DNA of 64,000 bases from Takakia lepidozioides. Lineage: Eukaryota > Plantae > Bryophyta. Positions 1 to 12,700 of this stretch are shown here, piece after piece. How positions within the stretch are numbered: the first letter of the stretch is position 1; every line of letters starts with the position of its first letter. The notes below the pieces were generated by a model that was not told where the DNA came from, ran no database searches, and saw nothing but the letters and a program-made list of their open reading frames with translations. Position numbers and translations under genes: made by a program. The stretch lies in contig CM060732.1 of the NCBI GenBank assembly GCA_030704615.1, positions 38,378,001 through 38,442,000 on the forward strand, read 5' to 3'.

Positions 1-3000
1 CTACATCAGGCACCTAAGACATTAGACCTCTTTCTTATCTGCCACATCTGACTGGGACATTCAAAGTTTACGAGTAGTCTAAGAAAAGGACACATTTTCC
101 CTCTCCTCCTTCGCATAGGCATCCAGAACAAGCATCTGACTATTATCTGCAAACACTGAAAGAATACAGAAAGGAGTTTACCACGTAGTAGCCAGGAATG
201 TGGCTGGAATCTTTGCTTGGCGCCTCTGATCAAACAAACACACAAACATCAAGAGTGGCCTCTATTGCATCCAGCAGTTCGCCTCTCGACTGGCATTTTA
301 ACCTATCAATTATCCTGATTATGCAATGCTATATCCACCAAAGATTTGAGACAAGCGACTGCAGTTGGCCCACACAAGCTTGAGAGAGAGAAACATATAA
401 AAAGTGACTAATAAATAAAGAGATCAAGAGCCCACCAATAGTCTTGATGCCTTTCTTGGAGCCATTCTTGCGGCCTGCGAGAGCCTTGTACCGGTCAAAC
501 AACTGGAAGAGTCCTGTCATAGCACCTGGCGTCTCTCCTGTGGGGGGTGAGTTTTCAGGTGTTGAGTATCTGGCCCTAAGCCAGCTTGATAGCACCTACA
601 AGTGCTTGTCAAAGAAACACGGCCTCAAATCCTTCCCACATCCCAGAGGTACTGCTCTCTTGATTTTGAGACAACATATCACCAGGCTGCAAATCCGTCT
701 GGGCCTGCGAGAGGAGCTTTACATTCAACCACTGTTAGCCTTGGGAGTTGACTGTTCATCACTATGCCAAACTACGTTATTTACAAACCAGTTATTGCAA
801 AGATGTGTGGCTTGATAAGCCTAACAAAGCCACCAAAAGTTTCCGTTCCTTTCCCTCATTTCTTCAAAAGCAAACAATTGAAGGCCAAGTCTCGCTGCGG
901 TTCTCACAGAGTGCATATTACACTCCTCCAACCACAGGGTGGTATGGCATTCCTATAGCGAATGAAAGTTTCCTAATTTAACCCCTTGGGAGGATTTCCG
1001 AACAATTCGTGTAAAGGTCTGTTAATGCTCAAACCATTATGACAATTCTTCCCCCCAGGATAATGCGGGGCTTTTTTTTTTGATGATTCCTGACATTTTT
1101 CAGATAATGAGCTTGATCATCACTATATAAGTATCCCCTGAGGACAAGACTTCACTCTGCTGTAGGATAAATTTTGGCAGAAGGCAAACAAGTTATCGGG
1201 GCATGGGAGAAGGTGTTTTCACTGGATTCCTCAAGACTAGCCAGGTGCACTAAGGTCGAAGGCAATTTCTCTGCTGGCTGTGAATAAAGAAGCCGTGTAT
1301 AATCCCAGCTTGCCTAATTGTTTCCAAAACAGGATGGACGTCCATGCTGGTTCGAATATGCTGGTCCCTTTACATGCATCTGATAGAGCTCCTATTTTGA
1401 TTTCCAAAGAGAGGTTGCGCCCAGGAGCTCCATATCAACGAATCTTTGATACGCTTTGCCAGCACATCTGATGCCAGCAATCAATCCTGGACTTCAATTG
1501 CGACATCCAAAGCTATGTTAAATTAGCCGCTGCTGAAGAAGTAACCACAGGCAACAGACATAGTGAAGAACAAGGATAGAGTACTTACAAGGAAAATTTA
1601 CTCGCGCCATTTACAACTCTCCAATGTCCCTACAATCCTAACTCATTTTCAATCTCGAGCTTCTGCGCCATTCGCGTCTGAAGCAGAAGAGTGTACTCAC
1701 GAGAATTCACCCACAATTCGGCTCCAAACTCGCTGCAATCCATCCTTATGTATGATCTCCAGCTCCGGATTATTCCCTGGTGTCTGAAGAAGGATAACGT
1801 CCTCTCGCTGTTTACGAGCACTCGAACGTCGCCGCAATCCTTCCTCATTCTCGATCTCCAACTCCTCTCCAGCTCCTGGATCCCTCGTGGTCAAAGGAAA
1901 CCGTCCCTCAACTGCAAATCTCTCTTGCGATTCGTAATCGCAAACGCTCCAACCTCCCTGCAATCCGTGGATCCGTGGATTCAGCTCCTGGATCCCATTA
2001 CCATCCCTGCCTTTCTTTCGCCGCCAACCAAGGCCCCGTGCCTTTCCCCCACCGGCGTGAATGTACCGTCAACAATCGCTGGCGACCGTTGTGTGGTAGG
2101 CAACATTCAATAGTCGGTGTCACCAGGTAGAAAGAGACTGGCACACCTGCATTTGTTGTGACTATGCCACTTTATCCTTGCACTGTAGTCACCATTAGCC
2201 GATCATCACCATCACGGGGAAGCTGCTCTGTCCACTGTGATTGTCACGCTTCCTCTGCCACAGACCAAAAAGCGCTTGGCTTGTTTCTAATCGCACCACC
2301 TGCCTGGCTTGTGCTCACTCGATCTCTCCACTTCCATTACAGAAGCCCGCAACTTCTCAAACAAATGGCATAGTGCATCCCCCGCAATTGCACTCGCCTC
2401 TTTCTTCTTCTTGTATGCATTGGTTCCCTACTTGAACGCAGAGATCATATTCCCGCCTTAATCTTAGATGCAGTCATTGATGAGTGTCATCATGACATTC
2501 ATTTTGGACAAGGTGACTTCGTCGATACGAATAGAAAGTCCAAGCCATTCGCAAATCAGCTCTCTGCACCTCCTAATCTGCATCCAGTAGGCCCCACTAT
2601 GGGCACTTATAACCTAGAATTCGGTGACTTGACTTGGAGTTTTCTAGTCGCCATCACGCAGGCTAATACAAACGCTAGGATAATTACTATCGTCGTCACT
2701 GCTCTAGCCAAATATAACCTGGCCCTGAATAGGCTTCAGCATCCGAGGATTGCTTGGTAATGTGGAAGAAGACTACATTATCTATTACACTCCTCTCACA
2801 GATGCCCAGGCATCCACTTTAGTCCGAAAGCTTGGAAAGGAACACGGATTACGAATATGCAAATGTTTCTTTGTTGATGTTTGGTCTCCTCCTTCCCCAC
2901 TAACGCATCTTTGTAGAAAACCGGCCATTCTTTGCGCGATTTTTTAAAGCACCACGATAGAGCTATCACAACGTCACCGATGTTTTGCTCCAGTTTTTGT

Positions 3001-4705
3001 CTTTCTGATGGAGCACGAATTCAGAAGCTTCACTCTGGTTGTTCGGGTTGTGGGGATTGGAGTTGGCCAAGGTAAGGGAACAGCTTTGAAGTTTTACATG
3101 GCAACAGTGGAGGACAAACAAACATGAGCTTGCCAGAGCTTGCCAGAGTTTCGTAACTTTGGGATCTAGAGAGCACTTGTTGGATCTCTGCATTGGGAGC
3201 AGCGACTCAGAACATCCATATCTACATCAGCTTTGCTCAAGTCTGTCGCATCCAGTTGATGTGATACTGAAAAGTAATATATAAAGTTTTAGTTATCAGT
3301 TTCCTTCAAGAATGTGGCCATGTTGTATGCTCAGGCAGGACTCCAATGGAGTCCCTGATCAAAACAATATTGTTTAATATGCCGAAGGTTAAGTGTTTTT
3401 CAAACCGTTGGATTTTGAATTTAGGAGTATATATTTGGAAGCCTTAGCGGCGATAAACATTCCCAATCTTTGACTAGATGCTTCAAACAGACAGCCTGAT
3501 GCTTAATAGTCGGGCCACTATAGGTGGCCCTGAACAGTATGGATCAAAGAACATGGTCGAACAGTCCCGGACAGGGACAGTCCCGCTGAGGTGGTTACCT
3601 ACTTAACTCCAGAGTTTAGCTGGGAGGAATCACACAACCAAATTGTTACATTTACAAATCCCACCCTTCACAAGGTCCACTTAGTTAAGAAGCACTATGA
3701 CTTGCCTTACTCCAACCATAACACTTACCCGACTGGTGTTCTTTGGCTAGAAAGGCCATTTTATCCTGTTTCCGGGGAGATGGAGTCCTACTTTACAGCA
3801 CTGTAAGCTAGGTGGACCCTTCAACTCCGATTTTGCAAGCAAACCAGCACAACCTGAAGGTGGGTGCCTTACATGTTGTTGCATGTCAATTGACCTATAG
3901 AACAATTGACCCACCTGTTTAAGCCACAATCTGGACATCAAAATTGGAGTCCCTGAGAACTACTAAGTAGAAACTGACCAGGAAGAGAGGAAGTGCCAGT
4001 CCCAACATAGCTTTTGCGTTCACCAGAATCGGATCATTCATCAGCAACCCCTGGGCACAATAATAGAGAGACCTCCCCTGAGAAACGCATTGTGGTTACC
4101 GGAACTATGCGCACGTCACAGCACTTTCCGGCAATCTGTGGTGCAATAACAATCTGACGAAATTCCAGGACCACCTTTCTTACCAGAAACCCCCTGCGTC
4201 TGCATTGCCGAATCTTCCGTTTCTATACTGGAGGTTACGGAACTCCTACCTTGTTATCCTCTTCAGCACTTACCTCGAGAGCTATCCTTGTGCCGATCAT
4301 CCTGGGGTCTCTTCCTGGGAACCTGGTTCGTGACATGCCCTCACAAAATCATTTCCAGTGATCGATTCCCCCTAACTCAAAACAGCAAACTTTCCAAAGA
4401 CTAATGATCACTGACATTGTCAGTCGGGTGGTTCGACTCACTTGCAAGCCTCTTAAGCCTAAGTTCAAACGCTCAAACCGGCCAGGCAAACTCCTATTCC
4501 AACCTGTAGAAAACAAGAAGCAGAAGCAGATGACAAGATGATGGATGGAAATAGACGACATCTTTGAGTGCCACACAGGCATTCTACGCTGGATCCTGAA
4601 CAGAACCTTTTCGCCCATCAGCATTCTGTCTTGGGGAAACCTACACCAAAGGCCAACACCTGATTGGGTTCATGACTTTACACAAGACCATTGAACTGAA
4701 GAATC

Positions 4706-4797
4706 AACACTTTGCAGGAAAGAAAGTGGCCAGTCCTCCTGAAGGTGAACGAACACTTTGCAGGAAAGAAAGTGGCCAGCCCTCCTGAAGGTGAACG
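4706..4797. repeat. Tandem duplication, 2 x 46 bp
   Basis: AACACTTTGCAGGAAAGAAAGTGGCCAG(T/C)CCTCCTGAAGGTGAACG starts at 4706 and 4752, one mismatch. Confidence 0.9.
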
Positions 4798-5119
4798 AAC
4801 GAGAGACGGTCCCTCTGCTCGACAGCCAAGGAAGATGCCAGCTGGAGTGCGGTGGTAGTTGCCTCCCGCACTCTCGCTACACGTTGAACAGTGTACGCAA
4901 CAACAATCTGTGACATTTCCAGAGAAAGAAGCTTGCTCCGACAATGAAATTGCTGGGAGTTCCTTGAGATGCATGACCAGAACAAGCGTACACACGTGTT
5001 CATCCACTCCTGAAGCAAGAACAATGTCACGGAGAACTGACCACAAGCTCATGGCTTCTCCATCACTTGATCTACAGTTCAAGATGCTCTCACGCCCTTC
5101 TTCCTCTCTCCTCCTAGCT

Positions 5120-6445
5120 TTATTCCCATTTAAGTTCACACATCAAATCTCCATAATCATATTGAATTTCACAAATTTCTCTATCTCCCGGCAAGTTTGG
5201 AAGGGTGAGCCATTTGCCTGTAGACAAGTCATAAAGCCTTGCAAGCTGACCAGAAGTATAACCTTCAACATTGGACGCAACTACCAACAGGAAACCTTTG
5301 CATGCGTAAAGCCTCATGAAGAAGCGTGCCCTTGATGGAGGGTCCCCGAAACCGCTACAGCTGTGATCCCTCAATTTTATCCAATTTGGTGCACCCTTTT
5401 GGCGTTGGAACTCTGTAATACAATACTCTGGTATCAAATACCCAGGGTTCTCCGTGTCCTCACGTCCCTCCTCGTGCAGGACAAACAAATGACCCTTCAC
5501 CAGTGCACAACTTTGCTTAGATGCTCCTTGTAACGGATTGTCGCTAAGCTCAAGCAGTTCTCCTTCTTGACAGTCATACGCACAAGGACCATTGCAAATC
5601 CCGTCAAGAACGTCTTCTACCATATCCCAAACGTATTGATAGCCAAAAACGAGATCCGGAGACCAGTCTGCCCTGGTCCACTCTCCAGTCCCAGAGTCGA
5701 AGAAGTCAGCTATCAGACCGCTTTCGAGTTGACCAACAACTAAGACTTTGTAGGTTTTCTTATCGTCACTCATGATGAGTTGCACCATCTCGAGCAGGAC
5801 CATGCTCATACCGTGTAGAGGAAGTGCCACCCAATCTTGTGTTAAGGGATTGCACACAAGAATGCGCACGGGATTCTTCTTCTCCCTTGATGTGCAAACG
5901 GAACACACCAACCCTCCATCACACGCACTCATTGTATCAACACGTTCATCAAGGACACCAGAATAGATTTGAAAGGCATGCCATGTGTTATGTTGGACAT
6001 CGAAGACATTAACCCAGAAGACCCCATCCACATTGTCATCTTCTGTGACGAGTGCAAACAACTTTGGATATGCATCTGCACATACCAACTTGAAGTGCGA
6101 GTTTCCTGCATTCAGGTTCCTATGCCATTCTCGCGAAAGACATCGAAGGCGATTGATTTGAGGCAATGGCAGACGTGCAAAGACAAGCCGCAACAGCTCC
6201 TCTTGCAAACCGCTCCATACAGTGGGGTCCATCGGCGCTGCATGTTCTGAACATGAATCTCCACATGTGGTTCGTCCCTCCACTGCAACTCTACTCAACC
6301 CCCTTGTTTCAGTGCAGACAAGGGTTTTGCCGCAAGGATAATCACTTTCTGAAACGACTACATGTTGTGCTGCAAATTGGAGGATTTTTCTTAACCCTGG
6401 AGCTTCTCGGGTACCTGCTATCAGATCATCAAGCATATCCCGCAA
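5120..6445 (-). CDS. F-box protein with C-terminal FBA/Kelch-like propeller region, apparently single coding exon
   Basis: 441-aa ORF with F-box signature MDPTVWSGLQEELLRLVFARLPLPQINRLRCLSREW, then SACDGGLVC...ILVCNPLTQDWVALP typical of plant F-box associated domains. True start uncertain; may be the Met of MDPTVW (~6232). Confidence 0.85.
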   Translation of the reverse strand: MRDMLDDLIAGTREAPGLRKILQFAAQHVVVSESDYPCGKTLVCTETRGLSRVAVEGRTTCGDSCSEHAAPMDPTVWSGLQEELLRLVFARLPLPQINRLRCLSREWHRNLNAGNSHFKLVCADAYPKLFALVTEDDNVDGVFWVNVFDVQHNTWHAFQIYSGVLDERVDTMSACDGGLVCSVCTSREKKNPVRILVCNPLTQDWVALPLHGMSMVLLEMVQLIMSDDKKTYKVLVVGQLESGLIADFFDSGTGEWTRADWSPDLVFGYQYVWDMVEDVLDGICNGPCAYDCQEGELLELSDNPLQGASKQSCALVKGHLFVLHEEGREDTENPGYLIPEYCITEFQRQKGAPNWIKLRDHSCSGFGDPPSRARFFMRLYACKGFLLVVASNVEGYTSGQLARLYDLSTGKWLTLPNLPGDREICEIQYDYGDLMCELKWE

Positions 6446-6971
6446 GGCACAAGCAACCTGAAGATAGTTTTGGCTCCCTTCGCCACTTGCATTTGCTTCA
6501 GAGCCATCAGTGGCATCAATGTCTGCTATCTCATCTCCGCGCTAACCTCCTCTTTGGTGACTTACACCAAAAAAAACTACCCAAGGAGGTTATCGCAAGA
6601 AGAGACGTTTATCACAATCTATGGGCCCACCTGACGGGATTCAAACTACAAACATAAGGAGGAATAAATCAGCTCCCAAGAATAGTAGAATGTCATTCCT
6701 TAAAAACAACGGCTCCCCCAGTGAGAGAACGTTCCTTCTCTAACTGCATTTTAGGGTAACAGAAAGTACAGTACTCTAAACACTCGTTACCAACTCCCGA
6801 AGCCGCGACATCCATCGCAGGCAGCGAGAGAGAGACGATCAAACAGAGCTTCGTCCGACATTCAGCATATTCCAGGACGTCAGTACCCCAGCATATGGAC
6901 GAATGGTTGGAGCTGCATGGACGTTGCCCACCATCGTCCGTCAGTGGAGACGTGGCAACATTTACGAAGAG

Positions 6972-9142
6972 CACGTGGGTCAGCTGCACTAACACCGGTA
7001 ACGACTCCGTCAGCGAAGTTAACGGAGGTGTTGACGGACTCACATTGCTCCTAATTCGCACGTGCTCGTGGAATCTCTGGAGTACTCCACGACCTTCCCG
7101 TATTTACGGTATTCCCCGCGGCTACAGTAAGATAGATGAATGAAATTCGGAGTATGTGGATGGAGCCGCACATGTACGGATGATCGTACATTCATTCGTC
7201 CATCTTCATCATCCTCTTTACCTACTTTCCTACCTACCGCTCACATTCCATCCGACTTTCGCTCACTATATAGCCTTACTCCTAGTGGATGAATGCCATC
7301 TCCAGCCGGTGGATTCATCCACTCGAGATACCATACGATATATCTACAGAGGCATGTACATGTATGGTAGTGTAAGAATGTGTCAGGATCATAACGTAAG
7401 GGAAAAGTTCTCTTTCGACTTTACCCGACTTTAAGTTCATTTCAAGTACATACGAGGAAAAAAGTAACCCAGACAATAACTATGGGTGAAGATATCAATA
7501 TCGTACACAAATTTAATAAATAATAAATAGCAGATAATTTTATCCAGATATAGTATATCATGGATACGTATCAGCCATAGTACATACGTACATTCAAGTA
7601 GCTATAGCGACAAATATAGATCAACACACTTGCTCCTCACTTTGTTCACCTATCTTTTACACAGAAGGTTTATCCGTATATTTCCACCTTCTCTTTCCTC
7701 TTTTAATTTTCATTTATTTGTCTGTATTTTCAATAAAAAGGCAGCGGACGAGTCAACTTCGGAGCACAGAAACTCATCAAATATATATATATATATATAG
7801 TCGGATGAGAGTACGTTTTTCATTTAAGATTCGCGTGAATCTTAGATGTTTACTGTTTGAATTCCTTGTTTCCGAAAAGAAAGAAGAGAAAAGAAATAGT
7901 AGAGAACCTCACTCATAGCTTTTACGCATCCTTTATTTAATAAGATAAATGGAAAATAAAAACCTGAAAAAGTACTGAACTTACGTTACAGACACCACGT
8001 GTCAGAAGCTAAGCAGAAGAGTAACTTTGACGTCTACGTAGGTAGTCAGTGAAGTATACAGAAATTTAAATAGCATGAGTTACCAAATCTGATATAATAC
8101 ACCGCATTAATGGATGAGCGATTAGGATGAACAAATGTCAGAGCGGATGACCTCCGTGATTGGAGGAGGCCGTCTAATATTAGGTCGTGTAAAAATAACG
8201 ATAAGCAGGCACGACAAAGCGACGGATGTCGATCGCACCACGTGGCGGCAGCCCACCCGAGTTGTGCCGGCACATGAAAGCAATGTGGGCGGCCGCCACG
8301 TGGTGAGAATCCCCATGCGGTATAGCCACGTTCTGCAACTGGCAGGGCAGTATTGCCATTATTTTAGGACAGGGAATTTGAGCTCAATTTCTCCGGGCAG
8401 CCGCGAGAACTCTCTGCATTTAACTCCTCAAATCAGACAAAATCTTTACTATATTTATTTTCTTATCCGACTGACTAATGGGTTCCAAGGTTCCAAGCCC
8501 CTTTAACGCTAAGTATAACTCCTTCGAGAACATGGTGGACCCGACCCACGATTTGTTCCCTGCATCGCGGGAAACATATCGTTGCATAACTTTAATATTT
8601 TCCACATCTCCTTTCGAAGTCGGCGCCGGCACAAATACTTTGAAATGGTCGCAGAAACTAAGAAATAATACACAATAACTTAGAAATATCTGCAAATATT
8701 TCTGGGTCAAAACTAAAACGAGTTCCCATGGAAACAAAAAAAGACCTCTGACCCGGCATAATAGCGGGTACATCGTAATAGCCGCCCAGGGAAACAGGCC
8801 CGTGGTTATGACCGTCGGGGATGCGTGACACGTGGGCATCCGACGGGGGCGGTGGGGCAGGTGTTAGTTACCGGCATACTTACCCTAATCGGAACTAGTT
8901 AGTTCCACGATAACCTTAATCAGTTTAGTTAGCGGCATTGGCAGCGGGTGGCAGATAGTTAGTGAGTGGGTAGTGGGTTAGTGACACACTACCCCACTAG
9001 GTCGGTAGAGGTTAGTAATATGTGGTTACTAGTAACTAGTAACTAGTCAGGAAGAGGGAGGCTTTGTCTCTCTCGCAGGAGGGAGAGGGAGGCAGGACGG
9101 GCAGCGCGAAGAGAGGGGGTGGAGGGGCATGCAAAGCACGTG
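6972..9142. promoter_or_regulatory. G-box (CACGTG) cluster in the divergent F-box/TIFY intergenic region
   Basis: CACGTG at 6972, 7059, 7996, 8239, 8297, 8829 and 9137, plus CACGTT at 8327. G-boxes are the bHLH/MYC and bZIP sites known from JAZ promoters. Confidence 0.6.
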
Positions 9143-9719
9143 CGCGTAATGGCTCATCTTCCTGCAGCTTGTGCAGCTTGTAAAGTCTAGAGAGTGAGCT
9201 GCGAAACTTGGTCTGCGGCTTCGCTGCATGTTTTTTGACAATATTCAAGGTCTCTAGAGCAGCAGTAAGCATGCAGAGGTGATAAGAAAGGTGGAGAGAG
9301 AGAGAATTGCGTCCGGCACACACTTGCTTGGTCTCTCATCTGTGCTGCATTACACCCTTACCTATTATACCCGTTGGTGTCTGTCTGTCTGTCTGTCTGT
9401 CTGTCGGTGTTGTTCAATCTGTGAACCACCTCAGCTTCTTGCCGAAATCTTCGGTTGCACTCTTGCTCCCATTAGGTCTGTTTCTGTGTCCCCGACATCG
9501 GCTCTAGGTATCCTGCTGGGAGTTTGGAGATCGATTGGAGCTGGGGTCTGTCTGTCGCTCTTTTCATCAAGGCTTGGGGTCACTCTAGCATCTAATCCGT
9601 CAGTTGAATCATTGTGGGACTCGCCTTTTTGAGCAACTCTTTTGTAGAGTTACGTAACTGTGTGGTTGGAAGAGAGTGGGCACGAGCGAACTGGGTGAGA
9701 CGGCTCCCCTAGAGCTACT

Positions 9720-12700
9720 ATGGCTAGAGAGCCGGTGGTAGCAATGGATTTTCTGGGCCTTGGCAAAAGCCTGGTTGATAGAGAGACGGACATTAGTATG
9801 GAGGCCGAGAGATGCAAACTGGTGAAGCCGATCCCAAGCATACCTGAGAAGCTGGGTTTGGGAGCCATGTCGAGGAGCGTGCACCTTTCGGAGAGCGAGA
9901 GAGCTAGTGAGAGAGAGAGCTCCATCTCTCGGCTGCGGCAAGGTATTTTGGAAACCTGTTTTATTCCTGCAACAGCGTTAGGATTTGTCAGCACGAGCCA
10001 TTTTAGTGTAGCTTCTCTGGACTGGTTTACTGTACCAGGTTTCTCCAAGTTTCATACCAGGGTTGTCTACAGCTACCTGCTGTGAACTGAAACTACTCCA
10101 GTGGCTTTTGTGAAAGGGTTTTATTAGGTTCTTTTTGGACTCTGGGAGCCTTCTCGCACCTGTCTTGGGACAGAAACTTGACGAGATCCTACATCTGTAG
10201 CTTCAGTTGTGTGATCCCTGGTTGAGCTGTTCTACTGTAAGGTTGGTCCTTGCAGTCCCGGTCTTCTGGGATGAAGATGAAGATTGCAACCGGGTCTATG
10301 GAGTTTAGGGAGTCGACTGGTTTTATGTGGGAGTGCACGTATGTGCATCCGTGTGAGGGTCCTTGACGGTAGTCTTTGGACCTTAGCATCTCACTAAGTC
10401 TATTTCTGCAGGTGTTTTGCCCTCCCTGTCAGGAAAGGCATGGGGAGGAAGAGATGAGGAGATGGAGGGTGGGGTGACCACAAAAAGTTCAGAGAAACCT
10501 TCTCTTGAGAAACCCTTGGAAGAGCTCACAGATGCAGATATAATGCAGCTCACCAGGGAGGATTGCCGCCGCTACTTGAAAGAGAAAGGTGCCCAGATTG
10601 CCTTGCTTACCTTGATTGTGATGTGCTTCTTGTAAGTCTCCTTGATCTGACACTAGCCTCACCAGACCAGGGGGAGGCTGGGTGAAAGATGGATCAGTGG
10701 AGCTCTATAAGCAATTGGGTCTTTAGTATCTTGAAAGTCGGGGTGGACAGGGTGACTCTTAGAGTGAACTCCTTTTGACCCTTACTGGGTTTTATGTTTT
10801 AGCAGGCTTTGCGTCCTTATTCTTGTTGGCTGAAATAGTTTATTTGTCTTCCCCTGTGTGTTGCTCAAGGTATCTGAATCTGTGCCAGCTTAATGTGGCG
10901 AGCATTCTCTCCTAATTGAATTCATTTGAGAAATGGCACATTGCACTGAGTAGGATGTTCTGAGGTCTTGAGGGTGTTGAGAGAGAGAAGAGGGCATCTA
11001 AGTCGCGACACCCTTTGAAGTATGTTGACCTCTCCTTTGACTCCCCCATGTGGACAAGTCTCACTTTGTGTTAATGGTTCCTGGACAGGTATGCAGCGTC
11101 CCCCATGGAACAAGCAGCAGGCCATCCAGCAAGTTTTCTCCCTTAGAGGTCTTTCTGACCCCCGAAGTGAAGAAATGAAGGTTGCTGGCAAAGCTGGAGG
11201 ATTGTCTCCCAAAAGAGAGTCTAACGAGGCACCCATGCATATGAACTCTCCATCCTTGTCTGCTTGGGAGCATCCTACTGCCAGTCCTGCTACTGCTGCC
11301 GTAAGTTGTGGCTTGTTTTTTTTTTTTTTTTTTTTTTCCGTTTGCACCGCTATTTACAGAGTTGACGTTCAAATTTAGGTGGACGATAATGGGTTGTGTA
11401 TTGTTATGTTTCCCCCATTTGCTGTTGAAGTTTATGTATGTTTTCTATGCTCTCCTTTGCTCCATGCATTGGTTGGCCCACAAAACTTATCAACAGATGC
11501 ACACTGCTTTGTATTCACTTCAAGTATCTTGGCTGATTCCAAGCAGGTGTCAAAAGATGGCCGGCCTAGCCATGAGTGGATTCATGAAGCAGCACAAGCC
11601 AATTTCAAGGCTTTGTATGCAAATGGCTTTCAGGCACCAAAGATGGTGCAAAACTCTGCCTCCCAGCCCTCTACTTTCATGGTAGATGCACAAGGAGGTG
11701 CCCATCCCTCAGAACGCACGGGTCCAGATTCCCACCTTTCTCTCACTATCCCTTCAACACAGCAAAATCCACCTTCCGCAGCCCAGGGGGCTGGATTTGG
11801 CTCCCCTGTACCCATTCTACCTACCGACTAGGAAAGGGATTTTCAGCGCCAGAAGTAGGGCAACCCATGGCTGGCCAGCGACTTCCTCAAATTCAACATC
11901 CTGCTCAAAATGGCAACCCACAAGGCACTATGTTACCCAGGTAGACTTCTGCACTCCTTCTGAAATTTGTTGTTTCTCTACTGTGTGATAACTTTTCACT
12001 GATTTGAGCTGCAATTCATGAATTCCCAATTTCGAGCAGGGTTCATAAGAAGGTGCTCTTTTCCCTAGCTGTTTTCCGCTGGGATGTAAACATTTGTCTG
12101 TTGGATGGAACAGACATGCTCAGGCTGGTGCAGTCGGCAAGCGACCCACAGCGCAGCTCACAATCTTCTATTCAGGCATGGTCAATGTATATGACGACAT
12201 TCCTATTGACAAGGTGAGGACTATGGTACTTCTTGGTGTGTATGAACAGATTTGAAACTCTGGAGGACATGCATCCATTGATGTTCTGCTCTTGGGAAAG
12301 ACGTACATTTCTGTGTCCTGTGGTTTCTCTGTGCCCTTTGAGTAAATAATCGTGAGGAGTCATGGCAAAGGTTTGATTTTTTGTATCTTATCTTCTGCAG
12401 GCCCAAGCAATCATGCTTTTGGCTGGTAGTGGAAGCTCCTGGTCTTCCAGCTACATGAATCCCCCTTCAAGTGGTGTATCCCGTCCAGTTTCTGCCCCCT
12501 TGGCAGTGCCCTCATCAAGTGCTGCTCCAGTCACTACTGCTGCACAAACTGGCAATACACCATTGGCTGGCCCCGCACCCCCTCTCATACCAGCAATAGT
12601 TGTCAATGCCCTTCGACAGCCAGTGGCCAGAAATCTTCTGACTGGTGAGCTTCCCCATCTCTTTGCCTTCAGAGTGCACTTTGTTGAGCACAAATAGCAT

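Noticed and set aside
1-4700. Possible decayed coding or transposon sequence
   Set aside because: Only short ORFs and no recognisable domain motif; left unannotated.
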